A DNA stretch of 33,490 bases, taken from contig JAGWRY010000432.1 of assembly GCA_028869495.1 (NCBI GenBank), forward strand, positions 1 to 33,490, written 5' to 3'. Source of the DNA: Elusimicrobiota bacterium. GTDB taxonomy: Bacteria; Elusimicrobiota; Elusimicrobia; UBA1565; UBA9628. The notes under the pieces are model-generated. The model did no database searches, was not told the DNA's origin, and saw only the letters and a list, made by a program, of their open reading frames with translations. The translations under genes and the position numbers were made by a program. The stretch's first letter is position 1, and the number at the start of each line of letters is the position of its first letter. Positions 6,659 through 14,951 of the stretch are shown piece by piece.

Positions 6659-7520
6659 CCTCGTCCTCGTCTCCTGCGCGGTCGTCTGGGGCGCGACCTT
6701 CTTCCTCGTCAAGGACGCGCTGGCGGGCGTGGACGCGGTCGCGATGGTCTCCTACCGATTCCTGCTCTCGGCGCTCCTGCTGGCGCCGTGGGCGCTGTCG
6801 CGCCCGTCGCGCGGGCGGCACCTGAAGGAGAGCGCGCTGCTGTCCGTCCTGCTGTTCCTTCTTTACGCGTCGCAGACGGTCGGGCTCGGCTTCACGACGG
6901 CGTCGAACTCGGCCTTCATCACGGGGCTGTTCGTGATCTTCGTGCCGCTTTTCCTCATGATCTTCTTCGGCGCGCCGCCGACGCGCCTGCAGTGGGTCTG
7001 CTCGGCGCTGGCGCTGGGCGGCCTGTGGCTCTTGACCGGCGGGGTGCGCGCGGCGAACTTCGGCGACGCGATCACGCTGATCGCGGCGGCGACCTACGCC
7101 GGGCACCTGCTCGCGACCGACAGGATCGTGCGCGCGGACGCGGACTTGGTCGTGCTCGCCTTCCACCAGTTCTGGATGACGGGCCTGCTGGCCGGGCTCT
7201 GCGCGCTGGCCTCCGGGCGGCCGCTCGCCGTCGGCTCGGCCTCCTCGGCGGGGACGATCGTCTTCCTGGCCGTCGTGCCGACGACGGCGGCCTTCTTCGG
7301 CCAGATGTGGGCGCAGAAGACGGTCCCGCCGGTGAAGGTCAGCCTCGTCTTCGCGCTCGAGCCGGTCTTCGGCGCGATCTTCGCCTGGACTCTCGGCGGC
7401 GAGCCCTTCGAGCCGCGCCGCGCGGCCGGCGGCGCGCTGATCGTCGCGGCGATGATGGCCGAGCAGGTCTCCAAGCTCGACCTGCGCCGCGGACGGCGCA
7501 AGGAGATCCTGCCGACGTGA
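6639..7520 (+). CDS. EamA/DMT-superfamily transporter
   Basis: 293-aa ORF with a GTG start. It has about 10 hydrophobic helices in two EamA-like halves (VWGATFFLVKDAL ...; AVVPTTAAFFGQMWAQK ...). It overlaps the FolD-like gene by 20 nt and the next gene by GTGA. Confidence 0.8.
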   Translation: MFPSWADLVLVSCAVVWGATFFLVKDALAGVDAVAMVSYRFLLSALLLAPWALSRPSRGRHLKESALLSVLLFLLYASQTVGLGFTTASNSAFITGLFVIFVPLFLMIFFGAPPTRLQWVCSALALGGLWLLTGGVRAANFGDAITLIAAATYAGHLLATDRIVRADADLVVLAFHQFWMTGLLAGLCALASGRPLAVGSASSAGTIVFLAVVPTTAAFFGQMWAQKTVPPVKVSLVFALEPVFGAIFAWTLGGEPFEPRRAAGGALIVAAMMAEQVSKLDLRRGRRKEILPT

Positions 7521-8671
7521 GGCCCTTGCCCGCGCCCCTGCGCGCGGCGGCGCGGCGCGTCCCCCGGACTCCGGAGGCGCTCGCGCGCCTGATCGCGGCC
7601 CTGCCCAAGGTCGAGACGCACCTGCACCTGGACGGCGCGGTCTCGGCGGAGACGGCCGCGCGCCTGGCCGCGGACGCGCCGGGCTCGCCGCTGAGGGGCC
7701 TGCCGGTCGAGGAGGTCCGCCGCCGCGTCGTCGTGGACCGGCCGCGCGCGGCCCTCCCCGAGGTGCTCGCGGCTTTCGGCGCCTTCTATCCGCTGCTCCG
7801 CTCGGCCGCCGCCGTCGAGCTCGTCGCCTACGAGCTCCTGCGCGAGGCCGCGCGCCAGAACGTCCTTTATTCGGAGGTCCGCTTCGCCCCGGTCCTGCAG
7901 GCGGCCGAGGGCTTCCCGCCCGAGGCGGCCTTGGACGCCGCGTTGCGCGGGCTGTCCCGCGGCCGCGCCGACTTCGGCGCGGACTCGGGAGTCATCATTT
8001 GTCTGCTTCGCCCCTTTTCCGCGGTCAGCCGCGAGGACAACGCGGCGATGGCGGCGCTGGCCGTCTCGCGGGCGGGGCGCGGCGTCGTCGGCCTCGACGT
8101 CGCCGACGCCGGCGCGGGCGACGCGCGTCTGGCCGACTACGGACCGTGGTTTCAGGCGGCGCGCGCGGCGGGCCTGGGGCTCACCGCGCACGCGGGCGAG
8201 GCGGGCCGTCCCGGCGAATTGGAAGACGCCCTCGCCCTGGGCGTCGACCGCATCGGCCACGGCGTCGCCCTGCGCGAGAGCCCGGCGCTCCGCGCCGAGG
8301 TCCGCCGGCGCGGGATCTTCGTCGAGGCCAACCCGACCTCGAACCTGCGCACCGGCGCGGTCTCCTCGTACGCCGCGCACCCGCTCAAGTCCTGGCGCGA
8401 GGAGGGTCTCGCCGTCGCGGTCAGCACCGACGACCCCGGCGTCTTCGGCGTCGACCTGAACCACGAGTACGAGGTCTTGGCGCGCGAGCTGGGCTTCGGT
8501 CCCGAGGACCTGCTCGAGGTCGCCTGGGCCGGCGTCGAGTCCGCCTTTGTCCCCGCCGCGGAGCGCCGCGCGCTGGCGGAGCGCTTCGAGGAGCGGGCCC
8601 GCGCGGCCCTCGAGTCCCCGTTTCCCGCGGGACGGACGCGGTCGACTTCGGAGCGGCCCCGCAGGCCCTGA
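7517..8671 (+). CDS. add: Adenosine deaminase
   Basis: The track ORF 6788-8671 was trimmed to the GTG at 7517 (GTGA overlap with the EamA stop). It has the metal-binding and catalytic motifs KVETHLHLDG, LTAHAGE, RIGHGV and VSTDDPGVF. Confidence 0.85.
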   Translation: MRPLPAPLRAAARRVPRTPEALARLIAALPKVETHLHLDGAVSAETAARLAADAPGSPLRGLPVEEVRRRVVVDRPRAALPEVLAAFGAFYPLLRSAAAVELVAYELLREAARQNVLYSEVRFAPVLQAAEGFPPEAALDAALRGLSRGRADFGADSGVIICLLRPFSAVSREDNAAMAALAVSRAGRGVVGLDVADAGAGDARLADYGPWFQAARAAGLGLTAHAGEAGRPGELEDALALGVDRIGHGVALRESPALRAEVRRRGIFVEANPTSNLRTGAVSSYAAHPLKSWREEGLAVAVSTDDPGVFGVDLNHEYEVLARELGFGPEDLLEVAWAGVESAFVPAAERRALAERFEERARAALESPFPAGRTRSTSERPRRP

Positions 8672-9390
8672 GCCAGGAGGAGCGTCGCGATCAGCAGCAG
8701 CGCGGCGTGGACCAGGACGCCGAAGCGGCGCGCGGGCAGCTTCGCGCTCGCGACGCGTCCGGCGAGGACGCCCGCGGCGACCGCCGGCGCGGACCAGAGG
8801 AGCAGGCGCGTCGTCGCCGCCGTCCAGAGCCCGGCGAGGACGTAGCCGCACAGCCCCAGCGCGCTCGCGGGCAGGAAGTAGCCCTGCAGGGTCGCGCGGA
8901 ACTTCTCGGCCGTCCAGCCGCGGAGCGTCCCGTAGATCGCCAGCGGCGGGCCGTTGAGGCCGTAGGAGCCGCCGAGGACTCCCGCGGCGAACCCGAACGC
9001 CCACGCGTGCCGGTCGTCCGTCAAGCGCCGCCGGGGCTGCGGGCGCAGGAGCGAGAGGCCGGAGAAGGCGAAGAGCAGGACGGCCAGCGCCGACTTCATG
9101 AGCGGCTCGGGGGCCGTCCTCAGGACCAGCAGGCCGACGGGCAGTCCGAAGAGCGTCGACGCGAAGAGGCGGCCGGCGCTCCCGAGATGGACGTGGCGCC
9201 GGTCCCGCAGGACGATGAACGCGGCGATCGCGATCGAGGCCGAGACCGCGATCGGAACCGCGACCTTGACCGGCATCATCAGGGCCAGCAGAGGCACCGC
9301 GAGCAGGGCTTCGCCGAAGCCGAAGACGGTCCGGAACGCCGCGGCCAGGAACATGACGGCCTCGACCGCCGCGATCGTCGTCGCGGTCAT
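8152..9390 (-). CDS. TauE/SafE-family anion permease with an anomalous ~170-aa Ser/Arg/Ala/Pro-rich C-terminal extension (no in-frame stop until 8152)
   Basis: The ATG is at 9390 (MTATTIAAVEAVMFLAAAF). About 243 aa form a typical TauE core (FGFGEALLAVPLL ... GVLGGSYGLNGPPL). The core ends near 8661, exactly where the convergent add gene stops, but the frame stays open for about 170 more codons antisense to add. Confidence 0.6.
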   Translation of the reverse strand: MTATTIAAVEAVMFLAAAFRTVFGFGEALLAVPLLALMMPVKVAVPIAVSASIAIAAFIVLRDRRHVHLGSAGRLFASTLFGLPVGLLVLRTAPEPLMKSALAVLLFAFSGLSLLRPQPRRRLTDDRHAWAFGFAAGVLGGSYGLNGPPLAIYGTLRGWTAEKFRATLQGYFLPASALGLCGYVLAGLWTAATTRLLLWSAPAVAAGVLAGRVASAKLPARRFGVLVHAALLLIATLLLAQGLRGRSEVDRVRPAGNGDSRAARARSSKRSASARRSAAGTKADSTPAQATSSRSSGPKPSSRAKTSYSWFRSTPKTPGSSVLTATARPSSRQDLSGCAAYEETAPVRRFEVGLASTKIPRRRTSARSAGLSRRATPWPMRSTPRARASSNSPGRPASPACAVSPRPAARAA

Positions 9391-9439
9391 CGCTCCCGTC
9401 CCGGGATGTCCGTCCTGCGCGCGCCCTCCGCGCCCATGA

Positions 9440-10060
9440 TCAGGCGAGGCCGAGGTCGCGGAAGCGGCGGCGCAGGTCGTCGGCGCCGCGGTAGCGGATC
9501 GCCTGGATGCCGAGCTTCCGGGCGGCCTCGACGTTGGGCTTGAGGTCGTCGACGAAGACGGTCTGCTCGGGCGCGGTGCCGGACAGCTCCAGGGCCTTGC
9601 GGTAGATCGCGGGGTCGGGCTTGCGCAGGCCGACCTCATGGGAGAGGATCGCGCCGCGGACCAGCTTCGGGAACTCGTAGCGCTCGCGGATGAAGTCGAT
9701 GTGCAGGGCGTTGGTGTTCGACAGCAGGTAGGTCGGCACGCGCGCGGTCGCCTTCTTGAGCAGGGAGTACGAGCCGCGGTCCAGCGTGAAGTGGTCGCAC
9801 CAGAGGACGCGGAACTGGGCGAAGCTGCCTTTGTAGCCGAGCTCGGAGCGGAACAGCTCGTAGAGGGCCTCGCCGCCGAGCTGGCCGCGCTCGATGCGCT
9901 CGCCCAGGTCCGAGCGCCATAGGTAGGCGGCCAGCTTCAGCGGGTGGCGCTTGAGCGCGCAGGCGAAGCGCGACAGGACCCGGCTCGACGAGAAGCGCAG
10001 GAGCACGTTGCCGATGTCGAAGAAGACGGCGCGGACCTCGCGGGCTTCGGGCGCGCTCAT
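9440..10060 (-). CDS. HAD-superfamily hydrolase (subfamily IA-like)
   Basis: Trimmed to the ATG at 10060, which forms an ATGA overlap with the upstream stop. HAD motifs are present: I VFFDIGNVLL, II LLSNTN, III GLRKPD, IV VFVDDL. Confidence 0.8.
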   Translation of the reverse strand: MSAPEAREVRAVFFDIGNVLLRFSSSRVLSRFACALKRHPLKLAAYLWRSDLGERIERGQLGGEALYELFRSELGYKGSFAQFRVLWCDHFTLDRGSYSLLKKATARVPTYLLSNTNALHIDFIRERYEFPKLVRGAILSHEVGLRKPDPAIYRKALELSGTAPEQTVFVDDLKPNVEAARKLGIQAIRYRGADDLRRRFRDLGLA

Positions 10061-11169
10061 CGTCCTTTGACCAGGAACGGCACGAAGAGCTCGAGCGCGA
10101 TCAGGATGATCACGATCCACTCGAGGAACTCCAGGCGCGCCGACGACTGCGCGTTCTCCATCTTCGCGTAGATGCTCTCGAGGGTGCGCAGCTTGCGGCG
10201 GATGCTCTCGTCCCAGGAGCCGAGGTGGTGGCGCTTGGCCAATTGCTCGTAGAGCCGGGCCAGGTACTGGTCGCCGAGGAGCTTGATCGCGTTGTTGATG
10301 CCCTCGAAGAGGACGGCGCTCTCGACCTGCAGGGTCCCGATCTCGCGCAGTTCGCCGCCGCCGGCGGCGGGGAAGCCCCAGCGCTTCTTGACCGTCTGGC
10401 GCGACAGGGCGTCCCAGCAGCGGTCGAGCGCGGCGTCGAGCTGGGTGTCGAGGTGGCGAAGCTCGAGGAGCTGGACCTGGCCGTACTCGAGCACGGCGCG
10501 CGTGTCGTCGGCCGTCTTGTCGAAGACGAGGGCCGAGACCCAGTCCACCAAGGTCAGGTCGTCGGCGCCGTACGAGATCTGGCAGGCGAGCGCGTCCGAG
10601 ACCTCCTGTTCGGAACGCAGGTCGGCGTCGGCGCGCAGGACCTGCGCGACCGCCGCCGGGCTCTCCGAGATCAGGCGCGCGTGGCCGCCGCCGTCGGCGA
10701 ACTCGCGGACCTGGAAGATCACGTAGTCCTCGTAGAAGCCGGAGATCTGCGGGCGCGAGACCGCGGGCTTGATCCCGGACAGGAGCTCCTCGACGAGGCG
10801 GCGGCTGTCGGCGAGCAGGACGTCGTTGTCGTAGAGGTCCTCGGACAGCGTGCGCAGGCCCGAGAACGGGCCCGACAGCGGGATCTGGTAGGTCACGCAG
10901 ATCGCGCCGAAGTCGTAGAGCACGGTCTCGACGGCCGGCGTCGTCGCGAACGCGCCGATCCGGTGCGGAGCCGAGACCTGGGTGACGCGCAGGGGGATCG
11001 GCTCGAACTCGAAGTACTTCGGCGCGCGGCGCTGGTGCTTGATCGGCGTGCGCTCGGTCATCGCGGTCACGCGCCGCTCGGCGGCGTCGAGCGCGATCGA
11101 CATTCCCACGTCGTAGGCGAAGAGCACGTAGGCGACGCCGTCCTTGATTTCCGGATCGAACGCGCTCAT
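10057..11169 (-). CDS. DUF155/RMD1-like protein with a single C-terminal TM helix
   Basis: The 370-aa ORF has balanced composition. Its C-terminal pattern (LGDQYLARLYEQLAKRHHLGSWDESIRRKLRTLESIY ... ARLEFLEWIVIILIALELFVPF) matches my recollection of the RMD1/DUF155 family. ATGA overlaps occur at both ends. Confidence 0.6.
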   Translation of the reverse strand: MSAFDPEIKDGVAYVLFAYDVGMSIALDAAERRVTAMTERTPIKHQRRAPKYFEFEPIPLRVTQVSAPHRIGAFATTPAVETVLYDFGAICVTYQIPLSGPFSGLRTLSEDLYDNDVLLADSRRLVEELLSGIKPAVSRPQISGFYEDYVIFQVREFADGGGHARLISESPAAVAQVLRADADLRSEQEVSDALACQISYGADDLTLVDWVSALVFDKTADDTRAVLEYGQVQLLELRHLDTQLDAALDRCWDALSRQTVKKRWGFPAAGGGELREIGTLQVESAVLFEGINNAIKLLGDQYLARLYEQLAKRHHLGSWDESIRRKLRTLESIYAKMENAQSSARLEFLEWIVIILIALELFVPFLVKGR

Positions 11170-12122
11170 GCGCCCTCCGGAGGACGCAGCGGGAAGTCCG
11201 CCGGGATCGGGGCCTCGAAGCGCATCGCTGCCCCGGTGCGCGGATGCGCGAAGGACAGGCGCCGCGCGTGCAGGAGCTGGCGGTCGGCGCCCAGGGCGTC
11301 GAGGTCCTCGGGGCGGAGCTCGCGGCGCACGGCCTTCAGGTAGGCCTCGCCGGCGCCGACGTAGAGCTTGTCGCCGACGACCGGATGGCCGAGATGGGCG
11401 AGGTGGGCGCGGATCTGGTGGAGGCGCCCGGTCCGCGGCCGGGCCGAGACGAGCGACAGGCGCCCGTCGGTCGCCAGGCGCGAGAACTCGGTGACGGCCG
11501 CGGCGCCCCGGCCGACGGCCTGCCGGACCTTGATCTCGCCGCCCTCGGGCCCGATCGGCGCGTCCACGAGCTTCCTCTTCCAGGCGACCTCGCCGAAGAC
11601 CACGGCCAGATACTCCTTTTTCACCTCGCGCGCGAGGAACTGCTCGTAGAGGGCGCGCGCGGCGGCCGAGTCCAGCGGGAGGACCATCGCGCCGCTCGTC
11701 TCGCGGTCGAGGCGGTGCGCGAGCAGGACCCTGCGCCCGAGCTGTCGGGCCAGGATCGTCGTCACCGTGTTGTGCAGGATCTTGTCGGTCGGGTGGCTCA
11801 GGACCCCGCCCGGCTTGTCGACGACCGCGATCGCGTCGTCCTGATAAAGGACGGGGATCGTCTCGTGCGGGAGCGGCGGCTCGGCGGTCCGCGGATAGCG
11901 GATCAGGACCGTCTCGCCCTCGGCCAGCCGCGCCGAGGCCTTCGCGGGGCGCCCCGCGCGGCTGACGCGTCCGTCCTCGATCAGCCGCTGGACCTTCGCG
12001 CGCGAGTACTTGTGCAGGCGCAGGGCGAGGTAGGCGTCCAGGCGCAGGCCGCCGTGCTCCTTGAGCACGCGGAAGGGGACCTCGACCCAGTCCTCGGCGA
12101 CGGCCGTCGCGGCGGGAGACAT
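11166..12122 (-). CDS. rluD: RluA-family (RluD-type) 23S rRNA pseudouridine synthase
   Basis: Trimmed to the ATG at 12122. It has an S4-like N-terminus (RLDAYLALRLHKYSRAKVQRLIEDGRV), the catalytic motif HRLDRETSGAMVL and the HQIRAHLAHLGHPVVGD motif. Confidence 0.85.
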   Translation of the reverse strand: MSPAATAVAEDWVEVPFRVLKEHGGLRLDAYLALRLHKYSRAKVQRLIEDGRVSRAGRPAKASARLAEGETVLIRYPRTAEPPLPHETIPVLYQDDAIAVVDKPGGVLSHPTDKILHNTVTTILARQLGRRVLLAHRLDRETSGAMVLPLDSAAARALYEQFLAREVKKEYLAVVFGEVAWKRKLVDAPIGPEGGEIKVRQAVGRGAAAVTEFSRLATDGRLSLVSARPRTGRLHQIRAHLAHLGHPVVGDKLYVGAGEAYLKAVRRELRPEDLDALGADRQLLHARRLSFAHPRTGAAMRFEAPIPADFPLRPPEGA

Positions 12123-12128
12123 CGGGTC

Positions 12129-12137
12129 AGTATACCA
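12129..12137 (-). promoter_or_regulatory. Extended -10-like box TGGTATACT, 6 nt upstream of the rluD-type ATG
   Basis: The minus strand reads GCTGGTATACTGACCCGATG at the head of the rluD / DUF155 / HAD overlapping set. Confidence 0.35.
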
Positions 12138-12190
12138 GCGGCCGAAGCGGGCGTCCAGCGGGGCGGGAGGAGAGGGGCTTGACGGCCCCC

Positions 12191-12219
12191 TTGACAAATC
12201 AATGGGGCGGTCCTACACT
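12191..12219 (+). promoter_or_regulatory. Sigma-70-type promoter (TTGACA, 17 nt, TACACT) for the secreted-protein gene
   Basis: TTGACA is at 12191-12196, followed by an exactly 17-nt spacer and TACACT at 12214-12219. GGAGG at 12236-12240 lies 8 nt before the ATG at 12249. Confidence 0.55.
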
Positions 12220-12248
12220 GGGAAGGACCCCGTCTGGAGGCCCTCCCG

Positions 12249-12884
12249 ATGAAGAAAACCCTTTGGCTCCTCGCGATTCCCGCGCTGTGCGTCTTCGCCG
12301 CGTCGTCCCCGGCCCGCGCCCAGAACAAGACGGAAGCCCAGCTCCTCCACGACCTGAATCCCGACGACGACGGCCAGGTCTCCAGCTACGTGCGCGTCAA
12401 GAAGCCCGCCGATCCGGCCCAGGCCCAGCCGCAGGGCCAGGCGGGCGCGGCTCAGGCGGTCCCGACGGACCCGATCGAGGCCTGCAAGTACTACCTCGAT
12501 CAGTACAACGCCGCCGACGACGAGCGCAAGGACCTGGTCGCGAACACCGACGGCAACCCGCTCGTCCCGGCCGGCGGCTGGGCGGGCCCGAACGTCTCCC
12601 AGTGGGTCGACGACCAGCGCTCGATCGGGATGCTCAACACCGGCGACCTCGGCCAGACCCTCGCCCGGCTCCGGCAGATCGCCCTTGCCGGCGCGATGGC
12701 CGACCAGACCTGCAACCAGGCCCTGCAGGAGGCGGCCGGCTCGATGTTCCCGTCGCACGCGCTCTCCCCGCTGGGCGGCGGCGACTTCCAGGACTCGTGG
12801 CCCGCGAAGGACATGCAGATCAAGCAGGACCTCCCGGGCGTCAACGCCGCGATCCGGAACCTGAGAGCCGTCGTCGGCGGCTGA
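12249..12884 (+). CDS. Secreted hypothetical protein (signal peptide; no family recognised)
   Basis: 211-aa ORF preceded by a good SD. The signal peptide is MKKTLWLLAIPALCVFAASSPARA/QN. The mature part is hydrophilic with 2 Cys. It is flanked by its own promoter-like and terminator-like elements. Confidence 0.7.
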   Translation: MKKTLWLLAIPALCVFAASSPARAQNKTEAQLLHDLNPDDDGQVSSYVRVKKPADPAQAQPQGQAGAAQAVPTDPIEACKYYLDQYNAADDERKDLVANTDGNPLVPAGGWAGPNVSQWVDDQRSIGMLNTGDLGQTLARLRQIALAGAMADQTCNQALQEAAGSMFPSHALSPLGGGDFQDSWPAKDMQIKQDLPGVNAAIRNLRAVVGG

Positions 12885-12903
12885 GAGGCCGCGGGCGCCG
12901 ACT

Positions 12904-12936
12904 CCGCCGGGCCCGGCTTCAGGCCGGGCCCGGCGG
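12904..12936 (+). terminator. GC-rich hairpin (14-bp perfect stem, 5-nt loop), probable intrinsic terminator
   Basis: The sequence is CCGCCGGGCCCGGC-TTCAG-GCCGGGCCCGGCGG, 20 nt after the stop at 12884. It is followed by CGTTCTGG, so the U-tract is poor. Each arm contains the self-complementary 12-mer GCCGGGCCCGGC. Confidence 0.45.
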
Positions 12937-12941
12937 CGTTC

Positions 12942-12950
12942 TGGTATAAT
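12942..12950 (+). promoter_or_regulatory. Perfect extended -10 box TGGTATAAT upstream of rimO
   Basis: TGGTATAAT lies 45 nt upstream of the rimO ATG, immediately after the hairpin. No clear -35 element. Confidence 0.45.
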
Positions 12951-12995
12951 ATTCCCGTCGGACGCCCTCCCTCCGGACGCGCCTGACGTCCCCCG

Positions 12996-14306
12996 ATGCG
13001 CACGAAGACCCTCAAGAAGAACAAGGTCCACGTCGTCACGCTGGGCTGCTCGAAGAACCTCTACGACTCCGAGGTCCTGATGGGCCAGCTGAAGGCGGGG
13101 AAGTTCGAGGTCGAGCACCAGACCGATCCCGAGGACGCCGCGATCGTCGTCATCAACACCTGCGGCTTCGTCGAGAACGCGAAGCAGGAGTCGATCGATA
13201 CGATCCTGCGCTTCGCGGACGCGAAGCGCAAAGGCCTGGTCGAGAAGGTGGTCGTCACGGGCTGTCTTTCGGAGCGCTACAAGACCGAGCTCGTGAAGGA
13301 GATGCCGGAGGTGGACGCCTTCTTCGGCACGCGCGACCTGCCGACCCTCCTGAAGTTCCTGGGCGCCGACTACAAGCACGAGCTCGTCGGCGAGCGGCTT
13401 CTGACCACGCCGCGCCACTTCGCCTACTTCAAGATCTCCGAGGGCTGCGACCGGCCCTGCTCGTTCTGCGCGATCCCGCTGATGCGCGGCGGGCACCGCT
13501 CGACGCCGATCGAGGAGCTGGTCCGGGAGGCCGAGCGCCTGGCCAAGGCCGGCACGCGCGAGCTCCTCCTCATCGCGCAGGACTCGACTTCCTACGGCCT
13601 CGACCTGTACGGCAAGCGGCGTCTGGCCGACCTCCTCCGGGCGCTGTCCGACGTCGAGGGGATCGGCTGGATCCGCCTGCACTACGCGTTCCCGACGGGA
13701 TTCCCGCTCGACGTCCTGGACGTCATGCGCGAGCGGGCGAACGTCGCCAAGTACCTCGACATGCCGCTCCAGCACGTCTCGGACCGCATGCTGGCCTCGA
13801 TGCGGCGCGGCACGACGAAGGCGAAGACCGAGGCGCTCGTCGCCGCGATCCGCGAGAAGGTCCCCGGGATCGCGCTGCGCACGACGCTGATCGCGGGCTA
13901 CCCCGGCGAGTCGGGGAAGGATCACGAGGAGATGCTCGACTGGGTCGAGCGGACGCGCTTCGACCGCCTCGGCGTCTTCGAGTACTCGCACGAGGAGGGC
14001 ACGGCCGCCTTCGCGCTCAAGGACGACGTCCCGGCCGAGGAGAAGAAGCGCCGCGCCGAGGCCGTGATGGCGCTCCAGCAGGGGATCTCGCGCGAGCTCA
14101 ACGAGGCGAAGGTCGGGAAGACCTTCAAGGTCCTGATCGACCGCAAGGAGGGCGCGACCTTCTTCGGGCGCACCGAGTTCGACTCGCCCGAGGTCGACAA
14201 CGAGGTCCTCGTGGACGCCGCGAAGCACTACCTGCGACTCGGCGACTTCGCCGATCTGCGCGTGACGTCCGCGTCCGAGTACGACCTGACGGCCGAGCCG
14301 GCCTAG
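12996..14306 (+). CDS. rimO: Ribosomal protein S12 methylthiotransferase RimO (radical SAM MTTase)
   Basis: 436-aa ORF with UPF0004 N-domain cysteines (VTLGCSKNLYDSE, INTCGF, VTGCL), a radical-SAM CxxxCxxC motif (EGCDRPCSFCAIP) and a C-terminal TRAM-like domain. Confidence 0.9.
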   Translation: MRTKTLKKNKVHVVTLGCSKNLYDSEVLMGQLKAGKFEVEHQTDPEDAAIVVINTCGFVENAKQESIDTILRFADAKRKGLVEKVVVTGCLSERYKTELVKEMPEVDAFFGTRDLPTLLKFLGADYKHELVGERLLTTPRHFAYFKISEGCDRPCSFCAIPLMRGGHRSTPIEELVREAERLAKAGTRELLLIAQDSTSYGLDLYGKRRLADLLRALSDVEGIGWIRLHYAFPTGFPLDVLDVMRERANVAKYLDMPLQHVSDRMLASMRRGTTKAKTEALVAAIREKVPGIALRTTLIAGYPGESGKDHEEMLDWVERTRFDRLGVFEYSHEEGTAAFALKDDVPAEEKKRRAEAVMALQQGISRELNEAKVGKTFKVLIDRKEGATFFGRTEFDSPEVDNEVLVDAAKHYLRLGDFADLRVTSASEYDLTAEPA

Positions 14307-14695
14307 CGGAACTCCGCGCGGGCGGCCGGGGCCGTCAGGAGACGCGCGGCCCAGACGGAGAGGGCCAGGACGGCGAGCGCGACGACCGCCGCGATCGACA
14401 GCCCGGCGCGCGCCTGCGGGTCGCGCCACCAGCGCGCCGTCTCGCGGGCGACGGCCGCGAGGTTCCAGACGTTGCCGAGCGCCAGCAAGGCGAGCAGGGC
14501 CTTGCGCGCGGGTTCGCGGCGCAGGACGACCCCGATCGCGGACAGCAGGATCGCGGCCGAGAAGACGCGCAGGGCGTTCTCGGCCGGGCTCGACGGCGCG
14601 TAAGCGCTCGAGGCGAGGGCGAACAGGCCGGCCCCGGCCGCGGCCCAGCCGACGCCGGTCGCGTGAGAGCGCGGGGCCCCGTCTCGGGCGCTCAC
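14303..14695 (-). CDS. Small integral membrane protein, hypothetical
   Basis: 130-aa ORF with a GTG start 1 nt after the xseB stop. It has four hydrophobic segments. No family recognised. Confidence 0.5.
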   Translation of the reverse strand: MSARDGAPRSHATGVGWAAAGAGLFALASSAYAPSSPAENALRVFSAAILLSAIGVVLRREPARKALLALLALGNVWNLAAVARETARWWRDPQARAGLSIAAVVALAVLALSVWAARLLTAPAARAEFR

Positions 14696-14696
14696 G

Positions 14697-14951
14697 TCAG
14701 TCCTCGCGGGGCGCGAACGGCTTCTTGACGAGGCGCCCTTCCTCGGCCGACAGCGCCTCGACCTTGGTCTTGGCCTCCTCGAGGCGCGCGGTCAGGTCCT
14801 TCGAAAGCGTCACGCCCCTCTCGAAGAGGGCCAGCGACTCCTCGAGGCCCTTGTCGCCGGCCTCGAGCTCGCGCACCAGCTCCTCGAGCGCCGCGAGCGA
14901 CTTCTCGAACGGCTCGGCCTTCTCCGCCTTCTCTGACTTCGCCTTCGTCAT
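14697..14951 (-). CDS. xseB: Exodeoxyribonuclease VII small subunit
   Basis: The 269-aa track ORF was trimmed to the ATG at 14951 (ATGA overlap with the xseA stop). The 84-aa product contains FEKSLAALEELVRELEAGDKGLEESLALFERGVTLSKDLTARLEEAKTKVE, which is typical of XseB. Confidence 0.85.
   Translation of the reverse strand: MTKAKSEKAEKAEPFEKSLAALEELVRELEAGDKGLEESLALFERGVTLSKDLTARLEEAKTKVEALSAEEGRLVKKPFAPRED

Noticed and set aside
6788-7516. The N-terminal 243 codons of the 627-aa ORF that ends as adenosine deaminase. Analogous long N-terminal extensions occur in the track ORFs for GtrA, GT2, the nucleotidyltransferase-like protein, GT4, the response regulator, TlyA, both TauE genes, HAD, the carbonic anhydrase, xseB and the 498-aa membrane protein.
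   Set aside because: The extensions are Arg/Pro/Gly-rich and overlap the preceding real gene in another frame. In each case an internal ATG or GTG forms an ATGA/GTGA junction with the upstream stop and gives a family-typical N-terminus.
14303-14306. Convergent rimO and the 130-aa membrane protein gene share the palindromic tetranucleotide CTAG as overlapping stop codons, with no terminator between them.
   Set aside because: This is a real observation but a trivial consequence of compact genome packing. I could not attach any regulatory implication to it.
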